A stretch of DNA of 58,813 nt from Octopus bimaculoides (taxonomy: Eukaryota), in contig NC_068982.1 in assembly GCF_001194135.2 (NCBI RefSeq), positions 101,387,304 to 101,446,116 of the forward strand, written 5' to 3'. The translations under genes were made by a program, and so were the position numbers. The notes under the pieces were generated by a model. That model was not told the DNA's origin, searched no databases, and was given only the letters and a program-made list of their open reading frames with translations. How positions within the stretch are numbered: the first letter of the stretch is position 1; each line of letters begins with the position of its first letter. Shown piece after piece: positions 51,331 through 58,813 of this stretch.

Positions 51331-51389
51331 CTCGGGGTCTGGTTCAGTCCGGACCTCCAAATGGATAAGAACTGGGACGAGATCACCAG
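51331..51389 (+). mobile_element. Tx1/L1-like RT fragment abutting (TCTA)n
   Basis: Reads LGVWFSPDLQMDKNWDEIT, resembling the (I)LGVxF..W thumb-region motif of Tx1-like RTs. It starts exactly at the end of a (TCTA)n/(TCTG) tract and runs into a gap. Confidence 0.55.
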
Positions 51390-51760
51390 NNNNNNNNNNN
51401 NNNNNNNNNNNNNNNNNNNNNNNNNNNNNNNNNNNNNNNNNNNNNNNNNNNNNNNNNNNNNNNNNNNNNNNNNNNNNNNNNNNNNNNNNNNNNNNNNNNN
51501 NNNNNNNNNNNNNNNNNNNNNNNNNNNNNNNNNNNNNNNNNNNNNNNNNNNNNNNNNNNNNNNNNNNNNNNNNNNNNNNNNNNNNNNNNNNNNNNNNNNN
51601 NNNNNNNNNNNNNNNNNNNNNNNNNNNNNNNNNNNNNNNNNNNNNNNNNNNNNNTACGTAATACAAACATATAAACGCGTAAGCATATGAACGCATACAT
51701 ACTCATAAGAAACGCGCACGTTTATCTCTGTATCCCCATAAGTTTCTTTCTGTGCCTCTC

Positions 51761-51870
51761 TCTCTCTCTTTCTCTCTCTATCTCTCTCTTTCTTTCTCTA
51801 TCTCTCTCTTTCTCTCTCTATCTCTCTCTTTCTCTCTCTATCTCTCTCTTTCTCTCTCTATCTCTCTCTT
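51761..51870. repeat. 20-bp higher-order minisatellite tctctctctttctctctcta, about 5.5 copies
   Basis: Exact 20-nt periodicity with one variant unit. Confidence 0.9.
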
Positions 51871-53539
51871 TAAGTTAATCGTGTTTTATGAATACATATT
51901 ACTGCTTGTATATACACAAATCTATGTGTGTATGCATGTGCACGCGTGCGTACCTATTGTGTATTTGTAAGTGCGTGCGCACGCACAAACGCACATACAC
52001 ACACAGACACTCACACATGCGCATTCGCTTAAGTACTTGCGTTCGCACGTGTGTGAATGCATACGTTCGAACGCGTAGTTCTGAATGTGTATGTATTCCT
52101 GTTTGCGGAAACCACGATGGAGTCTTGATGGTTGTCTGCGCAACAACTTAAACTTAAAAGAAAATTTCTTCACAAGAATATATTTCGATCCTTTCGCACC
52201 GAACACACAAAACAAAGAGAAATGTGTACCGTTTTCCATAAGCCCGTTTGAGATTGATCTCTGCTTTTATTCTAACTGAAGATAGTATTTGGAGGAAATG
52301 CATTATTACTTGTTAAGTTGCCGAAGTGTTTGATATTTTCGATTGATTCGTTTCCTGTCACAAAACCTGAAGCATATGGGGAACTACTTAATTAGAAGCA
52401 ACTACATAAATTTCTTCATTTTATCTTTTCGTTGCTTTTCTATTCATCCCCCTCCCCAATTCTTTTGATACCAATATTACTGAATGACTAAAGAAGAATA
52501 TCAAATAAGATTCCTGGATGGATAGAACCATTTTCCTTTACTTATGTCACGAATGTTTTCGAGTAAAACATGAATTGCATTATTTCTTTTGTTTTGCTTT
52601 TATATTCAGTAAATTTATGTTTATGGGTAAGATAAAATGAACAACCAATTTGAAACCATCCACATTGTATTAAAGAATTGTTAAAGTGCGTAATAACATA
52701 CTACTGTATTTGAAACATAAAAATTTAATTGCTTAAAATCACACTTGTAATTTATAATTACACTTGCCGTCGTTTTCTTAACGTCGTCTTCTCAAGAACA
52801 GCAAGGGAAACAACCCTAGCATTTGAATTTAATTAGGAAAAAATGTTGAGTATACTTTGATAGTACAAGGCATATTTTGATCAACGTGGCATAGTCTATT
52901 GATTTCTGACTGATCTCAGAAAAACTGAGGAGAATATAAGATTTTAGTGAATAACAATGAGTGGCATAATAACTTAAAGGAGTGACTGGGAGAAGGTATA
53001 TTGTCTCATGGAGAATGTTACTTTCGCCTCTCCTTAGGTACATCGTTTCTCTCGTGACCTTGAAGCTACAGGAATCGAGCTTAGCACAGGCATTGAGAAA
53101 AAATCGTTTTTTGTTGACTAGTGAAATGCCAGAATATTTATTTTACGTTCATGGAATTGGATTAAGTAAAATCGAGTGAAACAATGCACGTTTTTATAAT
53201 TACTCTTGATTATTTAGAATCAGGTTATACATTTTGTTCAACCGTTTTGTATTTTTTCTTCCTTTCTGATATTATGAGTAATTAAAGTAATTTGACATGA
53301 AATAAATGTACTCGTAAATAACGAGACCACGGAACATCAAACTATAATAAACCTATAAAACTCAACGTACAGAACTACGTGGTAGATATAAAGTCTGATA
53401 ATAAAAGAACTCATACATGCAAACGTACGTACATATATACATACATACATACGTACATACATGCATCCATAATACTACATCTATACATATATATCTTCAT
53501 ATCAGCATACATATACGTACCGATGTACGTATACACATA

Positions 53540-53802
53540 TTCTTTTACGTGATTCAGTCATTAGACTGCAGCCATGCTGGGACACCGCCTTGAGGCATTT
53601 TAGCCGAATCGACCCCAGTACTTTTAATATTTTTTAAACTTGTTACTCATTTTACGGTCTCTTAGGCTGAATCGCTGAGTGATGGGGATATATACTTACC
53701 AACACTAGTTGTTAAGCATAGGTAAGGGTGGGGGGACAAATACAGACACATACACACAATATATACATACATATACATATCTATATATCTATCTATCTAT
53801 CA

Positions 53803-53868
<66 letters not shown>

Positions 53869-54035
53869 TTATCTATCTATCTATATGACGGGCTACCTTC
53901 AGTTTCCGTTTACCAAATTCACTCAAAAGGGTTTGGTTACTCCGAGGTTATAGTAGAAGACATTAACCTAAGTTGCAACGCAGTGGGATTTAACTCGGAA
54001 CCATGTGGTTCAGAAACTAGCTTCTTACCATACAA
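53540..54035 (-). mobile_element. SINE family A, full-length
   Basis: Head 53885-54035 and tail 53540-53745 are homologous to the 27238 copy, with an internal (TATC)n. Confidence 0.8.
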
Positions 54036-54762
54036 ACATTTCTGCTGCGTGCATCTACGCAAAGAAATTCAACTAAGCGATATGAAAATACTTCTGTATC
54101 ACGAACAACAAAGATCAGCAGACTCTTTTAAATCCAACATGCAGACACACATTGTTATTGTTGAAACTTTAGAGGCGGTGTTTTGTTTCATTTTTAGAAA
54201 TCAGCACTTTATATACCGGAAATATTTTTGAAAATTAAAAGAGAAAATTATCAATACATACATATATAATACAAAATAATATATTTAGTAACAATACATT
54301 TGTTTAGTAAAGTGGCATGCACACCCACTACACGAACGAAAGCTTAACTACACGCATACAAGTATGCACAACTTAACTATTGTACAAATTAACTTATCCA
54401 CATCTCCATAAAAAGCAACACCGTAAGGGCTTGAAAAACAGACAACCTTCTCTCTTTGTTAGTGAGCGACTTGAATTCTGCAAGAGAAAGATAAAATGAA
54501 ATAAATCTCAAAGAAAACACAAACACATCCGTAGATGCTTTAACATATTTCGACGCTTTAACAGATTTTGTGTGTGTATAATTCAAAGATGTCGGCATTT
54601 GGGAAGAAAATATCACATAACATTTTGCAGTACCAGTGAGACACTATACAGGGACGCACTAGTACATTAAGGCTTGAAAGCAATTTAACCATCGCTTGTT
54701 TGCAAAGTCTACCTCAGTTACGGCGTCACAATCTATGTTAGACCAATTAATGAGACATGGGC

Positions 54763-54794
<32 letters not shown>

Positions 54795-56356
54795 NNNNNN
54801 NNNNNNNNNNNNNNNNNNNNNNNNNNNNNNNNNNNNNNNNNNNNNNNNNNNNNNNNNNNNNNNNNNNNNNNNNNNNNNNNNNNNNNNNNNNNNNNNNNNN
54901 NNNNNNNNNNNNNNNNNNNNNNNNNNNNNNNNNNNNNNNNNNNNNNNNNNNNNNNNNNNNNNNNNNNNNNNNNNNNNNNNNNNNNNNNNNNNNNNNNNNN
55001 NNNNNNNNNNNNNNNNNNNNNNNNNNNNNNNNNNNNNNNNNNNNNNNNNNNNNNNNNNNNNNNNNNNNNNNNNNNNNNNNNNNNNNNNNNNNNNNNNNNN
55101 NNNNNNNNNNNNNNNNNNNNNNNNNNNNNNNNNNNNNNNNNNNNNNNNNNNNNNNNNNNNNNNNNNNNNNNNNNNNNNNNNNNNNNNNNNNNNNNNNNNN
55201 NNNNNNNNNNNNNNNNNNNNNNNNNNNNNNNNNNNNNNNNNNNNNNNNNNNNNNNNNTATATATATTATTTATATAAAAAAATACAAAAAGGACAAAAAA
55301 ACATCCAGATAGACGATACAAAGAAAACAAGGACACTCATTCGGAGTTTTCTCTCCTCAGTCGAGTTCCAGAATATCTTTGCAATTTCGGCTGGTTATAC
55401 TCGAGATTGCTCCAATCTGGCCAGCCCCAAGGAAAAACTAAGCTAAGAGCATCAGATTCCTTGGAAGAAAGCAGCGAATGTATACGAAATCAAGGACGAA
55501 AAAAAGAACGGAGAATGTTACACAAATACAAATAACAAAACATAACAACAGGTGTCTTTCGACTAAGGGCGAATTAAATTAAGCTGGCGTGTGTGGAAGT
55601 AAAGCCTTACGGTAGGGATAGAAAATTTCACAGTCACAGGGAGGAATATAGATGTTGCACGGACGGCGGCCAAACCAAGAAAGAAAGGACAGGCTTGGCC
55701 GAGCATCGGTCACGTGGGGAGAGAAGAGAGAGAGGTAGAAGCAGTGAGACAGAAGAAATAAGGACGGGCGAGAAAATTTGACAGAGACACAGTAAAGTGA
55801 AAAGAGGAAGGAAAGTGGGCATGAAGAGAAGGCAAGGAAATGTGAGAGAGGGGGGAACGAAAGAACGAAGAGTGGAATGAACGAAATCCACCTCTCTTCA
55901 AATGAAGTGTATACAAGTGCCTTGTGACAATCATGACCGTCTTAAAACAAAAGGGGAGATAATCTCAAGGGTAAGTTTTATGAAATTTAAGCGCCACTAA
56001 AGAAAAGACAGTTTGATTGACTGAAGACTATAGAGTAAATGTAGGCATGTGTTTCTGTCTCAATAGGCGTCAACAGATGAACAGTTTACCCGACCTCGTC
56101 TTGTATGATATTTGATATTACTTTACTTCTGTTTATTGTTAATAATTCGTGCAAATGGCAGCTCTGAATCATTTTTTAAGTTCACTTTCTTTTCAATCAT
56201 GCAAGTTACCCAAAGTTATGAATTGTAACTAATCTTTTCACGTCTAAGCATCTCGTCCCTTAACTAAATTTCATATGTATACATATACATAAGTACATAT
56301 ATATGTACACACACAGATATATATATATATATATATATACCTATATTTGTGTGTGT

Positions 56357-56388
<32 letters not shown>

Positions 56389-57277
56389 TGAAATGTATGT
56401 ATGTTTTTATATATATGTGTGTGTATATATATATATATATATNNNNNNNNNNNNNNNNNNNNNNNNNNNNNNNNNNNNNNNNNNNNNNNNNNNNNNNNNN
56501 NNNNNNNNNNNNNNNNNNNNNNNNNNNNNNNNNNNNNNNNNNNNNNNNNNNNNNNNNNNNNNNNNNNNNNNNNNNNNNNNNNNNNNNNNNNNNNNNNNNN
56601 NNNNNNNNNNNNNNNNNNNNNNNNNNNNNNNNNNNNNNNNNNNNNNNNNNNNNNNNNNNNNNNNNNNNNNNNNNNNNNNNNNNNNNNNNNNNNNNNNNNN
56701 NNNNNNNNNNNNNNNNNNNNNNNNNNNNNNNNNNNNNNNNNNNNNNNNNNNNNNNNNNNNNNNNNNNNNNNNNNNNNNNNNNNNNNNNNNNNNNNNNNNN
56801 NNNNNNNNNNNNNNNNNNNNNNNNNNNNNNNNNNNNNNNNNNNNNNNNNNNNNNNNNNNNNNNNNNNNNNNNNNNNNNNNNNNNNNNNNNNNNNNNNNNN
56901 NNNNNNNNNNNNNNNNNNNNNNNNNNNNNNNNNNNNNNNNNNNNNNNNNNNNNNNNNNNNNNNNNNNNNNNNNNNNNNNNNNNNNNNNNNNNNNNNNNNN
57001 NNNNNNNNNNNNNNNNNNNNNNNNNNNNNNNNNNNNNNNNNNNNNNNNNNNNNNTTTTATTCATTTTAATTTTATCTCAAATTTACCCAATTTGTCACCT
57101 GTTTCTTTTTGTTATATGTCACTTCGTTTCTATCTATATTTCCTTCTACATCGAGCTGTTTTTGTATCTAATTTTATAATTCCACATTATTCCATGCTCC
57201 ATCGTAATTATCATATATTATCATTAGTGCTAATACACTTTACTAATAAAGTGTAGTAATAATTTTATTATTATAAG

Positions 57278-57483
57278 TCAGCGAGCTGGCAGAAACGTAG
57301 CACGCCGGGCGAAATGCTTAGTCTGTCTTCGTGTTCTGAGCTCAATTTCCGACGAGGTCGACTTTGCCTTTCATCCTTCGAGATCGATAAATTAAGTACT
57401 AGTTGCTGTACTGAGATCGATCTAATCGACTGCCTCACCCCTCCTCGAAAATTTCGGGTTTTGTGCCTAGAGTAGAAAAGAAT
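57278..57483 (+). mobile_element. tRNA-derived SINE family B, full-length
   Basis: gcgagctggcagaaacgtagcacgccgggcgaaatgctta..gttctgagctcaatttccg..gtcgactttgcctttcatcc..gatcgatctaatcgact..ttgtgcctagagtagaaaag. Confidence 0.85.
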
Positions 57484-57591
57484 TTTTTTTTTTTATCTGT
57501 TATATTCTCGAAAGAAATAGTACAGTTTTTGTTGGACTACCAGCATTAATAATATAGATAGATGCATACACACTCGCACGAACACATGCGT

Positions 57592-57672
<81 letters not shown>

Positions 57673-57855
57673 AACTGGTTACCAGTTCCAGTTTGCATGA
57701 AGCATATTCGAAGCCGTAAGAAAGCCATTCACACAGGTGTAAATAAACAGAGTTTATTTACACCTATGCATTCATTTCGAAGTGGTTACCTCCTCTTGAG
57801 CAACAGAGACTGGAAAGGCAGACGCGAGAGACAAGTGCCTCATGATATTTTCTTC

Positions 57856-58317
57856 ATGACAACATACAGTGAATGGCTTTCTTACAGATTGGAATATGAC
57901 TTAAACATATTTAAACTGGCAACAAGTTTGCAATTATACACATCATTACTTAGCGCTGTCATCCTGTATTTTATTGAAGATGAGCTGCTTTATAGCGCAA
58001 CCAGTCATCGAACGATGATGGGAATATAATAAGAGGGACCTGAATCTCGCCTCAGTTAGTAGAGTCCGCCTTCAAGGACTCTGCTACTGAAGAAGAGATA
58101 ACCACTCTAACCACCCCGAAACGCGTGCATCCAACATTCTGGTAAGGAAGTGCTGCAAACTGACTCCCTGTGTTTTCACCTATCAGTTTACAGCGAAAAA
58201 TTGTACCAATGACAAAATACAGTGAATGGTTTTCTTACGGGTTCAAATACGCCTCAAGCATATTTGAACTAGTATCAAGTTTGTATTTTTAAACATCACT
58301 GCTTAGTAGTGTCATCC
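57856..58317. repeat. 109-bp direct repeats (57856-57964 and 58209-58317; period 353 bp) enclosing a decayed hammerhead-like motif
   Basis: Ungapped alignment by eye gives about 80% identity. CTGAAGA (58087-93) ... GAAACGCGTG (58118-27) lies between the repeats. Confidence 0.75.
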
Positions 58318-58332
58318 CATCACATATATATA

Positions 58333-58389
<57 letters not shown>

Positions 58390-58410
58390 ACACACACACA
58401 CACACCCACA

Positions 58411-58446
<36 letters not shown>

Positions 58447-58578
58447 TGTCTATCTATCTATCTATTTATATATACGGAGATGTTCATACACAGCTAGACA
58501 TATACATAAAATATACATAAATAAATATATATAAGCATATATACATTAGCATACACACACATTTATATATACAGATTT

Positions 58579-58625
<47 letters not shown>

Positions 58626-58813
58626 GATATCAACGGGGACAAAGAGAAGATGAAAAAAAGAAAAAAGAAAAGAAGAAAGAATGAAAGACAGAAAGAAAAA
58701 TGAAAGAAAGAAAGGAAGGAAGAGTAAGCTACAGATCAGGAGCAATTCAACAAGAGCAATTCGTAATCATAAAATTTTTCCTTTCTTACAACTTGAAATT
58801 ACATCTTAAATAA

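Overview
This is eukaryotic, repeat-dominated genomic DNA from a gapped short-read assembly, with roughly 6.5 kb (about 11%) in N runs. The SINE repertoire and microsatellite load resemble a coleoid cephalopod such as Octopus; that is pattern recognition, not a search result. No complete, recognisable host gene is present, and almost all ORF-track entries are microsatellite or N-gap artefacts. Well-supported content: (1) a decayed, 3'-truncated Penelope-like element RT (about 37.55-39.4 kb, minus strand); (2) fragments of two different restriction-like-endonuclease (R4/Dong-type) non-LTR retrotransposons, one embedded in (TAA)n and another present twice, each copy between (TACA)n tracts; (3) RTE and Tx1/L1 LINE fragments; (4) about 25 copies or fragments of at least four tRNA-derived SINE families. 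The main hidden signal is a dispersed family of minimal type-I hammerhead ribozyme motifs with a self-complementary stem III, as found in Penelope-like elements. These lie at 10481, 13591 and 25797, and as halves forming an approximately 170-nt fold-back at 36712-36879. Unrelated hammerhead-like motifs occur at 18.85-18.99 kb and at 58.09 kb, the latter inside a 353-bp repeat unit. There is also a palindromic TA-flanked MITE (26022-26125) and two phase-compatible candidate terminal coding exons of an unidentified minus-strand gene (8197-8072 and 6787-6687).
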